From: Candidatus Moanibacter sp.
GTDB taxonomy: Bacteria > Verrucomicrobiota > Verrucomicrobiia > Opitutales > UBA2987
Length of the DNA stretch: 64,000 nt
Reading direction: 5' to 3'
Assembly: GCA_965215885.1 (NCBI GenBank)
Contig: CBDCEW010000105.1
Location: forward strand, 367,549-431,548
Under the pieces are notes generated by a model. That model searched no databases. It saw only the letters and a program-made list of their open reading frames with translations, and was not told where the DNA came from. The position numbers and the translations under genes were made by a program. Shown piece after piece: positions 54,567 through 64,000 of the stretch (the stretch's first letter is position 1; every line of letters starts with the position of its first letter).

Positions 54567-54820
54567 AAATTTTTAAGAAGGAGCCTTCCGAACGCCATAT
54601 CATATTGCCACCCGTTGCCGTGGCGGGACGTCTTCAAGAACGTTTTGTGTGGGTTTATGACGAGGGGTCTCAAGCGGTGAGTCGACGCACTGTCACCCTT
54701 GGTGATTTAACCTCTTCAGGGCTTGAAATCGTTAGTGGAGTGGATCCGGCTGAGCGAATTGTGATTCGCGGTGTTCATCGCCTGGAAGAGGGTATGAAGG
54801 TCCGGTTGCTGGATGAGTGA
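54567..54820 (+). pseudogene. C-terminal remnant of an RND adaptor (MFP)
   Basis: ILPPVAV...FVWVYD...RRTVTLG...EIVSG...ERIVIRGVHRLEEGMKVR; 5' part replaced by ISL3; TGATG overlap with the RND gene. Confidence 0.8.
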
Positions 54821-57800
54821 TGAACGTTGCCGAGTTTTGCCTTCGTAACAACGCAACTACCTTCGTCGGCGTCGTATTGCTCGTATTAGCCGGGGTGCTT
54901 TCCTTTATTCGGCTCCCTAAGGGGGAGAATCCCGATTTTACGGTCCGCACGGCCATTATCATTACACAGTTTCCAGGCGCCTCACCGCTAAAAGTGGAAG
55001 AACTGGTAACCGACAAGCTGGAAGAGAAGGTGCGGGAACTCGCTGACGCAGAAAAGGTTAAATCGCAGTCGCTCGCCGGTGTGTCGATTATAACTGTTGA
55101 ACTCTATGAGAGTACACCCGTGGAAAGGGTGCGGCCGACCTGGAATAAACTGCGCAATAAGGTCGAGGAAGTTGCTCCCACACTGCCCGCCGGAAGCCGC
55201 CCGCCCGCTGTAAACGATGATTTTGGCGATGTTTTCGGCATGGTCCTCGCTTTGCGCAGCGACGGATTCAGCTATCGTGAGATGAAGGATGAAGCCGACG
55301 ATCTGCGCGATCGTCTTTTAAAGATCGTCGGCGTTGCCAAAGTGGATCTATACGGGACCCAGGAGGAACGGATATTCGTCGAGTTCTCCAATGCCCTCCT
55401 TGCGGAACGCGATGTGTCACCATTTCTTCTAGCCGGTGTGATCGATTCGCAGAATATCGTCCAGCCTAGCGGGGACGCCTTGACCGGCCGGGAGCGAATA
55501 CTGATTGAGTCGAGTGGTGAATACGACTCTCTGAGCGATATACGGAAGACATCGTTTCGGGCTCCGGGAAGTGATGAGGCAATAACGCTTGGGGACCTTA
55601 CAACTGTATCACGAGCTTTTGTCGATCCCCCTCAGAGCCTGGTTACGTTTGACGGTGAACCGAGCATTGTTCTGGCCGTGAACATGGCGGTGGGCGGCAA
55701 CATTCTCGAAATAGGTAAGCGGGTTTTGGAGGAGGTCGAAACGTTAAGGCTGGAACTTCCAATCGGTTTGGATCTGGAAGTGATCATGTGGGAGCCGAAA
55801 TTCGTTGGGAGAAAGATCGGCGACTTTATGGGAAACCTAGCCCAGGCCTTCGCTTTTGTCTTTGTCGTTATGCTGGCGACTACGGGTTTGCGTACAGGCC
55901 TTATCGCTTCGCTTCTCATCCCGCTGGCTATCCTTATGTGCTTTGTCATCATGCCGGCGTTCGACGTCATGATTCAGCAGATTTCCATTGCGTCGCTCAT
56001 CATCGCGCTGGGAATCATGGTCGATAACGGCGTAGTGGTGAGCGAAAACATACTTGTGCGATTGGCCCGCGGAGAGGATCGAAAAGAAGCCATGAGCGGC
56101 TCCGTATCAGAGCTTTGGAAACCCCTCCTGGCAGCTTCATTGACGACGATCTGGGCCTTCCTTCCGATCGCCACGGCAAAGTCGAACGTGGGAGAATTTT
56201 GCCTTTCGCTCTTTCAGGTAATTGCGATTACTCTCGTATGCTCATGGATCCTCTCCATCACTGTCGTGCCCATACTCTGTTACTATTTCCTCAAGGTGAA
56301 AGTGGAGAAGGAGACCTACACGGGTTTCTTTTATCGAAATTATCGGAGTCTCCTATTGTTCAGCCTGCGTAACCGCGCTGCCACCATAATCTTTACGATC
56401 GGTCTTACAGGTGTGGGGATTTTCCTGTTCGGATATGTAAAGAAGATCTTTTTCCCTCCGAATGAGAGGGAGATATTCCTTATCGACGCCTGGACACCCT
56501 ACGGGTCGGATATTCGCACTACCAGTGACAGCGCGGGCCAGTTGGAACGATTTTTGCGTGCACAGGATGAAGTTTTGCAAGTGACGACTTTTGCCGGAAA
56601 CGGCGGCCCTCGCTGGAATCTCTCGCAGCAGATCGAACAGAGCAATCCGGCCTACGCATTTATGCTGGTTGAGACGCGAGATATCCCCAGCGTGGACGAA
56701 GCGATCGAGAAAACGCGGATATTCGCTGAGGAGTGGATGCCGGATTGCCGGGTCATCTTGAAAAAGCTGGAGAATGGACCGCCGGTCGGAGCGCCCATCC
56801 AGATTCGTCTCTCCGCTGAAGATATTCCCACCCTCTATCGTCTTCGGGACCGGTTCGTGGAGATATTAAAGGATACTCCGGGCGTGATTAACGTGGGCGA
56901 CAATTGGGGCGAATGGACGAAGAAACTCGAAGTGAAGATCAATCAGGATAAAGTGCGGTTGGCCGGCCTTACAAGTGAAGATGTAGCGCTCTCGCTCCAG
57001 ACCCAGATTTCCGGGCTGAGAGTGAGTGATTTTCGTGAAGGCGATGAGATAATACCGATTGTGGTGCGTTCCGTGGACTCTTATCGGAGAGATCTGGGGC
57101 GGCTTGAAGGCATGAATGTGTATTCCGCTACGACGGCGCGCAGTGTTCCGCTCCTGCAGGTGGCGAAGCCTGAGCTTACCTGGCAGCCTCCCAACATTCG
57201 GCGCGAGAATGGTAGCAGGACGATTACGGTAAAGGGCTATCTCCTTCCGGATTACTTTGCTACGGAGGCACTCGCCTCCTTGAAACCCCGCCTCGATGCC
57301 ATTGTTGATTCAGAAGATAGGAGATCTGGATACAATTACGAATTTGGAGGAGAAGCTGAAAAGAGCGCCAAGTCACAGGCGTCGATTGCGGCCGGGTTTC
57401 CCTTTGCCATGGGACTGCTATTTTTGACTCTCGTCTCGATGTTTAATTCCGTTTTGCGTCCGATCATTATCGGTATTACAATCATTCCGGCGATTTTTGG
57501 GATCGCAATCGGGCTGCTAATCACGAACGCGGCATTCGGATTCATGGCCATGCTTGGAGCTCTCAGTCTCATGGGTATCATTGTGAATAACGCTATTATC
57601 ATGATCGACAGCATCGAGGGTCTGAGAGGTCGCGGATTGGAAGATTCCAATGCCGTCGTAGTTGCTGCCCTTTCGCGCATGCGTCCGATTCTGACTACAG
57701 CGACGACAACAGTTATCGGACTCATCCCCCTTTCTCTCCAGGGAGGGGAAATGTGGCGGCCCATGGCCAACGTGATCATCTTCGGCCTCGCATTCTCGAC

Positions 57801-57930
57801 CATTCTTACTCTGGCTCTGTGTCCGGTCCTGTATTCCCTCTTCTTCCGGATCGGCTTTAAGAGTTACGTATGGAATCCTGAGATTCTGAAAGTGACAGCG
57901 AATGGAAAGATAGCGGGCAATGGGCAGTGA
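54820..57930 (+). CDS. AcrB/AcrD/AcrF-family RND permease (intact)
   Basis: ENPDFTVR, PGASP..VEELVT, IIALGIMVDNGVVV.EN, GIIVNNAI, RMRPILTT. Confidence 0.93.
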   Translation: MNVAEFCLRNNATTFVGVVLLVLAGVLSFIRLPKGENPDFTVRTAIIITQFPGASPLKVEELVTDKLEEKVRELADAEKVKSQSLAGVSIITVELYESTPVERVRPTWNKLRNKVEEVAPTLPAGSRPPAVNDDFGDVFGMVLALRSDGFSYREMKDEADDLRDRLLKIVGVAKVDLYGTQEERIFVEFSNALLAERDVSPFLLAGVIDSQNIVQPSGDALTGRERILIESSGEYDSLSDIRKTSFRAPGSDEAITLGDLTTVSRAFVDPPQSLVTFDGEPSIVLAVNMAVGGNILEIGKRVLEEVETLRLELPIGLDLEVIMWEPKFVGRKIGDFMGNLAQAFAFVFVVMLATTGLRTGLIASLLIPLAILMCFVIMPAFDVMIQQISIASLIIALGIMVDNGVVVSENILVRLARGEDRKEAMSGSVSELWKPLLAASLTTIWAFLPIATAKSNVGEFCLSLFQVIAITLVCSWILSITVVPILCYYFLKVKVEKETYTGFFYRNYRSLLLFSLRNRAATIIFTIGLTGVGIFLFGYVKKIFFPPNEREIFLIDAWTPYGSDIRTTSDSAGQLERFLRAQDEVLQVTTFAGNGGPRWNLSQQIEQSNPAYAFMLVETRDIPSVDEAIEKTRIFAEEWMPDCRVILKKLENGPPVGAPIQIRLSAEDIPTLYRLRDRFVEILKDTPGVINVGDNWGEWTKKLEVKINQDKVRLAGLTSEDVALSLQTQISGLRVSDFREGDEIIPIVVRSVDSYRRDLGRLEGMNVYSATTARSVPLLQVAKPELTWQPPNIRRENGSRTITVKGYLLPDYFATEALASLKPRLDAIVDSEDRRSGYNYEFGGEAEKSAKSQASIAAGFPFAMGLLFLTLVSMFNSVLRPIIIGITIIPAIFGIAIGLLITNAAFGFMAMLGALSLMGIIVNNAIIMIDSIEGLRGRGLEDSNAVVVAALSRMRPILTTATTTVIGLIPLSLQGGEMWRPMANVIIFGLAFSTILTLALCPVLYSLFFRIGFKSYVWNPEILKVTANGKIAGNGQ

Positions 57931-58041
57931 TTAGTAAACAGTGGGAGGGAGTGGAGCCGCTGCTGTACGGCAGCGTGAGCAGTGTACAGTGAGCGTGACA
58001 GATCGACACGTTACCGAATCAGTGTGAATACCCGCGAGGGC

Positions 58042-58147
58042 ATGTAGGACCGCCCTCGGGCGGGATTATTCCGGATCGATTTCTCTGCCCGCCTCATCCC
58101 GCGCCCTTCGACTCCGCTCAGGGCCTTCGGCGAGCGCGGTCCAACAT
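58042..58147. repeat. Degenerate GTAG-type REP doublet with a CCCTTCGAC...CTCAGGG repeat nested inside
   Basis: atgtaggaccgccctcg ... cgagcgcggtccaacat. Confidence 0.5.
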
Positions 58148-58168
58148 CCTGGCGGTCGTATATGCGGC

Positions 58169-58205
58169 TTGACAATTCTGATCATATATATATAACTATA
58201 GTCAT
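58169..58205 (+). promoter_or_regulatory. Putative sigma70 promoter/operator of the Phd-VapC operon
   Basis: TTGACA (58169) -16 nt- TATAAC; AT-rich tgatcatata...tatagtca dyad overlaps it. Confidence 0.6.
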
Positions 58206-58247
58206 AAATTTTAGATCGTATTTTGTAACTTACTGGTTACAGGTGAC

Positions 58248-58478
58248 ATGAAAACGGTACAGGCTGGAAAGTTTAAGGCGCAGTGCCTTGCCTTGATTGA
58301 TGAAGTAGCCCAGAGCAATGAGGCATTGGTTATCACCAAACATGGCAAGCCTGTGGCGAAATTGCTACCTTACGACAGTGAGAGAGACGGGACAGACGCC
58401 TCACTAAAAGGAGTTGCGACATATATCGGAGACATCATTTCTCCTATCGATGACGATTGGGAGGCGGCTACAGAGTGA
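58248..58478 (+). CDS. Phd/YefM family antitoxin
   Basis: AGKFKAQCLALIDEV...LVITKHGKPVAKL. Confidence 0.93.
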   Translation: MKTVQAGKFKAQCLALIDEVAQSNEALVITKHGKPVAKLLPYDSERDGTDASLKGVATYIGDIISPIDDDWEAATE

Positions 58479-58864
58479 TCGCTCTCGACACGCATATCTG
58501 GTTCTACTTCGTCAATGATGGACCGGAGGATTTATCACCTCAAGCGCAGAAAGCCATTAATGATAGCGAAGTCCTAGGCGTTAGCATTATTTCCTGCTGG
58601 GAAATTGCTATGCTCGTTGCAAAAGAGCGACTTCGGTTGAGTATCGATGTTCAGGACTGGATCACTCGAGCTTTGAGTTACAAGGGAATCAAGTTGCTGG
58701 AGTTAACTCCCGAGATTGCTGTTCTGGCGACCCGATTGCCAGGTGAATTCCATAAGGATCCAGCCGACCGAATTATTGTCGCCTCATGTTTGAAGCTGGG
58801 GGTCGCGCTCCTTACCCTCGACCAGAACATCAAGAAATGGGGACATATACAAACGATCTGGTAA
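58475..58864 (+). CDS. VapC PIN-domain toxin
   Basis: LDTHIW, S.ISCWEI, HKDPADRII.A, LLT.D; GTGA overlap with the antitoxin. Confidence 0.93.
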   Translation: MIALDTHIWFYFVNDGPEDLSPQAQKAINDSEVLGVSIISCWEIAMLVAKERLRLSIDVQDWITRALSYKGIKLLELTPEIAVLATRLPGEFHKDPADRIIVASCLKLGVALLTLDQNIKKWGHIQTIW

Positions 58865-58933
58865 GAACTCGAAAAAGGGATGCCCGCTAAAAACGCGAAA
58901 AAGCGCGAAAGTGGGAAAGGGAATGGAAGTGTG

Positions 58934-59028
58934 GACTACGATTACGACTACGCGCTTCGAGTGTGCCCGCAGCCAATCTTAAGCGTAGTCATAATCGTAA
59001 TCGAAAATCGAATCTGTCGTCGTAATCT
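58934..59028. repeat. Hexamer-type GACTAC/GATTAC repeats and their inverted copies
   Basis: gactacgattacgactacgc ... gcgtagtcataatcgtaatcg. Confidence 0.5.
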
Positions 59029-59111
59029 TTGTCGAAATATCGTTAGTCGGTGATCGACGTTTTCGTAGAAATGCTTTGGTTAGCGGTGACCCCACCTGAT
59101 TCCTTTAGCCC

Positions 59112-59846
59112 TTACAACCGAGAAAATTCCCAAAACACCCTGATCCCCATTTCCATGTACTTTTCGCGAATTTCTCCACTCGTGGGAATAGCATAGCAGA
59201 GCGGAACGCCGATGTCCTTGACCTGTTCGACAACATTACGGATGCAATCGTCCGCCGTTCTGAAGGGGTATCCGGGATGGCGCTCCAAACTGAATTGCAG
59301 ATCGTTGGGACCAAACGCCAGGTAATCAACACCAGTTTTCTGAGCGAATTTCCCCGCCCGAGTAATCGCTTCCACCGACTCAAGTTGAAGAGCGAGGACT
59401 CCGAAGTTGTTCCACCATTCGGCATATTGCAGTCGGTCGAGAGGGGTTTCGAAAGCTTTCAGACCGGCTCGGGCCTGGCCGCCCCAGCTTCGGCGGCCGA
59501 GCGTGCCGTAATAGAAGTACTCAATCGCCTCATCAACGGATGATTCTTCCATCACCTCTGGGACCATGACGGAAGACAATCCAAAATCGCAGTAGCGGCC
59601 AACCATATAGGTATACCGCGTGTGCGGGATCCGCATCTGCGCCGGCATCCCCAATTCCTCAGTCATGGCGCAGAAGGCGACGAGCTTTTCTTCGGAAAAT
59701 GGAGTATGCTGGCCGTCAATATAGATTGCGTCGTAGGAGCCGAGGGCCAGCGAATCCTCCAGTTCGGTGCGTTCCGTGTCGATGGAAGTGTGAAGGAGAA
59801 CGACCGTTTCGCCGCTCTTGAGACGTTCTTTGAATGTTTCGCTCAT
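59112..59846 (-). CDS. HpcH/HpaI aldolase family protein
   Basis: YIDGQH, G.SSVMVP.V, G.RSWG, QLESVEA, AFGPNDL; ATG at 59846. Confidence 0.85.
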   Translation of the reverse strand: MSETFKERLKSGETVVLLHTSIDTERTELEDSLALGSYDAIYIDGQHTPFSEEKLVAFCAMTEELGMPAQMRIPHTRYTYMVGRYCDFGLSSVMVPEVMEESSVDEAIEYFYYGTLGRRSWGGQARAGLKAFETPLDRLQYAEWWNNFGVLALQLESVEAITRAGKFAQKTGVDYLAFGPNDLQFSLERHPGYPFRTADDCIRNVVEQVKDIGVPLCYAIPTSGEIREKYMEMGIRVFWEFSRL

Positions 59847-60012
59847 GATAGTGTAGAATTCTGGATTTCCTCGCTGCCTACTTCGCACCTTCTCTTCGAT
59901 TCATATCTTGGGAGCCGGGATATTGGTTGAATCGTATGCCGATAGCAAGCGATTCGGTTGGATTGAGAGGACGCTGATCTGGCAATTCCAGATTTCGTGC
60001 TGTTCGTCGACG

Positions 60013-60081
60013 ATCGGCCATGCGGGGATGGCCTCCTACAGAATTGAAAACCTTGTAGGAGGCCATCCCCGCATGGCCGAT
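60013..60081. repeat. REP doublet downstream of the RAYT
   Basis: atcggccatgcggggatggcctcctaca-13 nt-tgtaggaggccatccccgcatggccgat, perfect 28-bp stem. Confidence 0.9.
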
Positions 60082-60590
60082 GAATTCCTCCATCTTTCGT
60101 AACCAAGAAACGTTCGATCGAGACATTCTGCGTTACGGGGATGGGCGCTCGGCCACTCCCACTGACACGCCTTCTCGACTAGTCCTTTACGAACAGGATT
60201 CGCCTCGATATAGTTGATGATCCCCACTACGCTTTCATTTTCACGGACTTTGTGGTCGAAAAATCCTTCTTCCCACTGTATCGAACTTCCCTTTTGCCTG
60301 CTGGGAAAACTTGCTCGTCGGTTTATCCTTTGAACGGTTTCACCGAGACTTCGGCTCCCCGCAAGGGAATAGAGGCCATGCCAGTGATCTGGCATGGCGA
60401 CGAAGGCGTGGAGATAAATCTCGCCGTGACTGCGATGGTACTGTAGCGATTCCACAACGTCCGTCCTTTGGCTTGAGGTCAATTGAGTGTGTCTGGAAGG
60501 CAGACACTTTGTTATGAAGTATAGTCCAAAGGGAAGAGAGACGCGGCCCTTTCGTAGATTGGATTGGTGGGGAGGATCGTCGTTACTCAC
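60036..60590 (-). CDS. REP-associated tyrosine transposase (RAYT, HUH Y1 family)
   Basis: YFIT, AFVAMPDHWHG (HUH), WEEGFFDH.VR, YIEANPVRKGLV, W.WPS; flanked by REP doublets. Confidence 0.9.
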   Translation of the reverse strand: MSNDDPPHQSNLRKGRVSLPFGLYFITKCLPSRHTQLTSSQRTDVVESLQYHRSHGEIYLHAFVAMPDHWHGLYSLAGSRSLGETVQRINRRASFPSRQKGSSIQWEEGFFDHKVRENESVVGIINYIEANPVRKGLVEKACQWEWPSAHPRNAECLDRTFLGYERWRNSSAMRGWPPTRFSIL

Positions 60591-60637
60591 GGGCAGGAAA
60601 AGGTAGGTAGTCTATAACGGGTTACCACATGATTTGA

Positions 60638-60706
60638 ATCGGCCATGCGGGGATGGCCTCCTACAAGGTGGGCAAGTCTGTAGTAGGCCATCCCCGCATG
60701 GCCGAT
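60638..60706. repeat. REP doublet upstream of the RAYT
   Basis: Same REP pair as 60013-60081 (1 mismatch) with a different 13-nt spacer. Confidence 0.9.
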
Positions 60707-60715
60707 GAAATCAAC

Positions 60716-61375
60716 CTAGAGAAGGCCGTCGCGGGAGAGTCGATCGACGATCGCCGAACTTATGCTGGTGATGGCGTCCTCGACAGTGTCGGGGTTAAAT
60801 GCTTCGGATGAAGCTGTCCAAACCAGGCTTCCAGATTCGCCATCGTAGATGTTCGTCTCCAGATTCACCCTGATGACATCCTCGAGGAAACCGGGTGAAT
60901 GAGCGGCATCGTAAAAGCGTTCGTATTGATTGTAGAGACTGGTGTCCGCGGTCTGTGGCGCATCGAATTCGATCCTGGAAGAACCGGCTTCCTCCCCTTT
61001 ACCCGAAACGAACCTTGCGACAATCAGTGCGTTCAAAGCGAGATCTTTGATTTCCTGCTCCATCTCCACTTTTCCCGGCTTCTCGGCTCCCGGAAAGGCT
61101 TTATAGCTCGGAATCGATTTTATTCCCCGGCTATTAAGCTGATTGACCAACTCGTCTTCCAGAAACTGACGTTCTTTGGAATCCGCCGAGACGCCCATGA
61201 CCATTACCTTTTTCAGTGGTCCGCCCGGATACGCTTTATCGTGATACGAGACGTTGAGGCGGGTTGACGTACATGCAGCCAGGGTGAGAAGCAGAATCAC
61301 GCCGGTGATGCAGTAACCTGCTGTCATGGCGCCGGTTATGACGTCGCGGATGTTTGTTTTATTGCGAATGCGCAT
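60716..61375 (-). CDS. Hypothetical lipoprotein
   Basis: Lipobox LAAC; KKVMVMGV, LETNIYD...LVW.A.S; start codon uncertain. Confidence 0.75.
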   Translation of the reverse strand: MRIRNKTNIRDVITGAMTAGYCITGVILLLTLAACTSTRLNVSYHDKAYPGGPLKKVMVMGVSADSKERQFLEDELVNQLNSRGIKSIPSYKAFPGAEKPGKVEMEQEIKDLALNALIVARFVSGKGEEAGSSRIEFDAPQTADTSLYNQYERFYDAAHSPGFLEDVIRVNLETNIYDGESGSLVWTASSEAFNPDTVEDAITSISSAIVDRLSRDGLL

Positions 61376-61654
61376 TATGGCAAAAGGATAGTTAGGGGCA
61401 TGGGTCGAGGCAAGTATAATGGTATTGGAACCGACTCAGTCTCCGCGCTCTTGCTTTTCCGAACGGAGTTTGGCATCTTCAGGCCCATGAAAGCACTCTT
61501 TCGCGCCGGTCTCCACGGGTGTGCGCCCCTGACGCTCGAAAGTGATTTCCTATCAATACTTTGCATTTACATTTGACTCCTTTCCCGCTTATCTTGTGAG
61601 CGGGTTGATAGAGATGGAATCAATAAGCTACTACGTCAACTGCTACTTCTCAGG

Positions 61655-63596
61655 ATGAAACAAGAGCAGAAGTACGTGCCCGGCACGACCAGACTCGGGT
61701 TTATTGGCACGGTGAAAGTCTTGTGGCCCTACTTCCGCGCAAAGTTTACTGAGCAGGTCAAAGGCATCTGGTTCATTGTTTTTTATTTACTCTTTTTCCA
61801 GGCGGTAATCCTCAAGCTGCCGGTCGTTTTTGCGACAATGATCAGCGCCGGCTTCGCCATCGTTGTGCTCGGGCTTATGTTCTTTATCGAGGGCCTGCGC
61901 CTGGGGCTGATGCCATTCGGTGAAACGATTGGTGCCATTCTTCCCCGCAATTGTAAAATGTCCGTCATTCTCCTATTCTCCTTCCTGCTTGGGATTGGAG
62001 CTACCTTCGCCGGAGCCTGCCATCGCGGTTCTCAAGGCGGCGGGAGCCAGAGTGAAGCCCGATCAGGCGCCATTGCTCTATAGCCTCTTGAATGATTTTT
62101 CGACACAGCTGGTGTCGGTCGTGGGAATCGGTGTGGGCATTGCAGTGGGACTGGGAGTACTTCGGTTTTTCTATGGTTGGTCGCTTAAGGCATTTATTGT
62201 TCCTTGTGTACTCATCCTATCAGGGATGACATTGTTCGCGCATCACAATGAGGTACTGGCACCAATCATTGCCCTGGCATGGGACTGCGGCGCGGTTACG
62301 ACGGGGCCGGTAACGGTTCCACTGGTCCTTGCGCTGGGTATAGGCGTATGCCGAATTGTGGGCAACGCTGATACCAGCAATGCGGGATTTGGGATCGTTA
62401 CATTGGCGTCGCTTTTTCCCATCATGGCGGTCCTGTTGCTGGGCATGTTTCATTTCAGCAGAGGTGATTATTACGGAGCGCCCAATTACAAAGGGAAACC
62501 TACTCAAGTGGTCGAAGCGCCCACGAAAACGCCTCAGGACTCTTCGCCCATATCTCTACCGGAACCTGCGGCAAAGGAAGCGAAGTCGATGGGATTCAGC
62601 AAGGCCGAATTTGAACACTTTCAGGAGACAGGCGAACTGCCCGACGGGCGCCGCCTCGTCGTCGAAGGCGGCACCTATGTCTTTAAGGATGGCCGCATTA
62701 TCCAAAAGGGCGCATCGGTGATTATTGAAAAAACGGATGACATGATCGAAGTGCATGGAAAAGTAGAGAATTGGGACCCGCAAATGCACTTGTTGAACCA
62801 ATTGAAGGAATCGCTCTATGCCGCCTCTCGGGCCATTATACCTCTTTGTCTTTTTCTTTTGGGGACCCTCACCATCATCCTCCGAGAGAAGGTAACACAG
62901 GGAGATGAAATCCTGGTCGGCATTGCCTTTACTGTGTTGGGGATGACCCTCTTTGGCCTGGGCATCACACTGGGCCTCACACCCCTGGGAAGCCAGGTGG
63001 GCGGAAACATACCTGCAACTTTCGCCACCATTACTCCCTGGGGATTGGAAGGAACGCAAGGTCCGCTATACGGTACCGGGTTCGGTGGTAAGATGGTTGC
63101 GGTTATCTTTGCGTTCTTTCTCGGTTATGGAGCCACCTTGGCCGAACCGGCCCTGAACGCGCTTGGCGGAACCGTTGAGAAGATCACCGTAGGGTCCTTT
63201 AAGAAGAGCCTGCTCATGCAGTCGGTTGCCATAGGGGTAGGCTTTGGGATCGCGGCCGGGGTCCTGAAGATCGCCTACAATCTGCCCCTCGCCTGGCTTT
63301 TGCAGCCTCCCTACCTGGCTTTGCTTATTCTTACGCTGATATCCTCCGAGGATTTCGTTAATTTTGGCTGGGATAGCGCGGGGGTGACGACCGGTCCGAT
63401 TACCGTGCCTCTGGTGCTTGCCATGGGGTTGGGTATCGGCGGCAAGATACCGGGAGTCATCGATGGCTTTGGTGTGCTCGCGCTGGCATCGGTGGGGCCG
63501 ATCATTACGGTGCTCTCGGTCGGTTTGATGGTGCGTCGGGCAGCTCGGCGGCAGGCACAGGGAGAATCGGTCGAGGAGGAAACGGCTTATGCCTGA
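61655..63596 (+). pseudogene. DUF1538-type polytopic membrane protein (two fused halves) with a 1-nt frameshift
   Basis: GATFA|EPA split by an extra G at ~62011; repeated motifs AWDCGAVTTGPVTVP / GWDSAGVTTGPITVP and T.AEPA; could be a sequencing error. Confidence 0.75.
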
Positions 63597-64000
63597 TTTT
63601 CGGGAAGCGTCGGGATACTCCATTGTCAGCGCCATACTGCCGCGGCACACCAGTGCGGATGTGATTAAGAATGCGCTTCTCAGCGAGGGGTTTAACGCGC
63701 TCTCAATCAGTGCGCGAGGGACGCTCCTTAAGGATCGCTGGTACCAGTCGTTTCTGCCGGTATTTAATCCGGAACAGGTGGTTGTCGAAGTCGTAGTGCC
63801 CGATGAGGCGGTCAATGGTATAATGGAAAAGATCGTCAGCGCGGGAAAACTCAGCCTTTCGGGGGCTGGCGCAATCTACAGCGTACGCTGCCTCAACGTC
63901 ATGGTTTCAGAGCAGTATCCGCTTAGTACCTTGGATTCGGTAAGTAAGGATGGCAGAAAAACAATCATCAAAGTGAAGGAAAATCTGGTGGGGATATTCT
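63589..64000 (+). CDS. P-II-like regulatory protein (runs off the window end)
   Basis: MPDF...IVSAILP...SARG...PEQVVVEVVVPDEAVNGIMEKI...G.L...GAGAIYS; overlaps the DUF1538 stop. Confidence 0.7.
   Translation, partial: MPDFREASGYSIVSAILPRHTSADVIKNALLSEGFNALSISARGTLLKDRWYQSFLPVFNPEQVVVEVVVPDEAVNGIMEKIVSAGKLSLSGAGAIYSVRCLNVMVSEQYPLSTLDSVSKDGRKTIIKVKENLVGIF

Noticed and set aside
60013..60706. CRISPR-like repeat-spacer structure
   Set aside because: Repeats are inverted doublets with 13-nt loops around a RAYT, i.e. REP doublets
1..64000. tRNA, rRNA, prophage or defence island
   Set aside because: No cloverleaf or rRNA signature and no phage or recognisable defence genes seen by eye; tRNAscan-SE, Infernal and DefenseFinder would be needed to exclude them formally

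Overview
64 kb of a bacterial chromosome, probably Verrucomicrobiota/Opitutae. That placement is inferred from the long three-domain IspG, an extracellular protein ending in an 'FYRL'-type motif, and PVC-style intergenic repeats. The housekeeping backbone is intact: glnS, leuCD, exbBD-like, fabV, uvrB, sucCD, rph-ispG-rseP-dxr-cdsA-uppS, rpiB, lptF-like, smc and tdk, plus transporters and signalling genes. Accessory genes are often broken: an RND pump and its adaptor, a large adhesin, fliD, a DUF1538-type membrane protein, and a phosphodiesterase/glycosyltransferase deletion junction. Mobile DNA is abundant. (i) A ~3 kb two-ORF Mutator/IS256-superfamily-like transposon has ~70 bp TIRs, a candidate -1 frameshift joining its ORFs, and non-autonomous relatives elsewhere. 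(ii) A decayed IS4-type element sits in the apex of a hairpin between sucC and sucD. (iii) An ISL3 joins two truncated genes. (iv) A RAYT is flanked by REP doublets. (v) CTAG-bounded miniature elements are stacked in intergenic gaps, and four of them share a conserved hairpin core under different closing stems. There is also a canonical Phd-VapC pair and a candidate uncharacterised toxin-antitoxin pair after uvrB. No rRNA, tRNA, CRISPR array or prophage was seen. All product calls come from motif recognition by eye; no database search was run.
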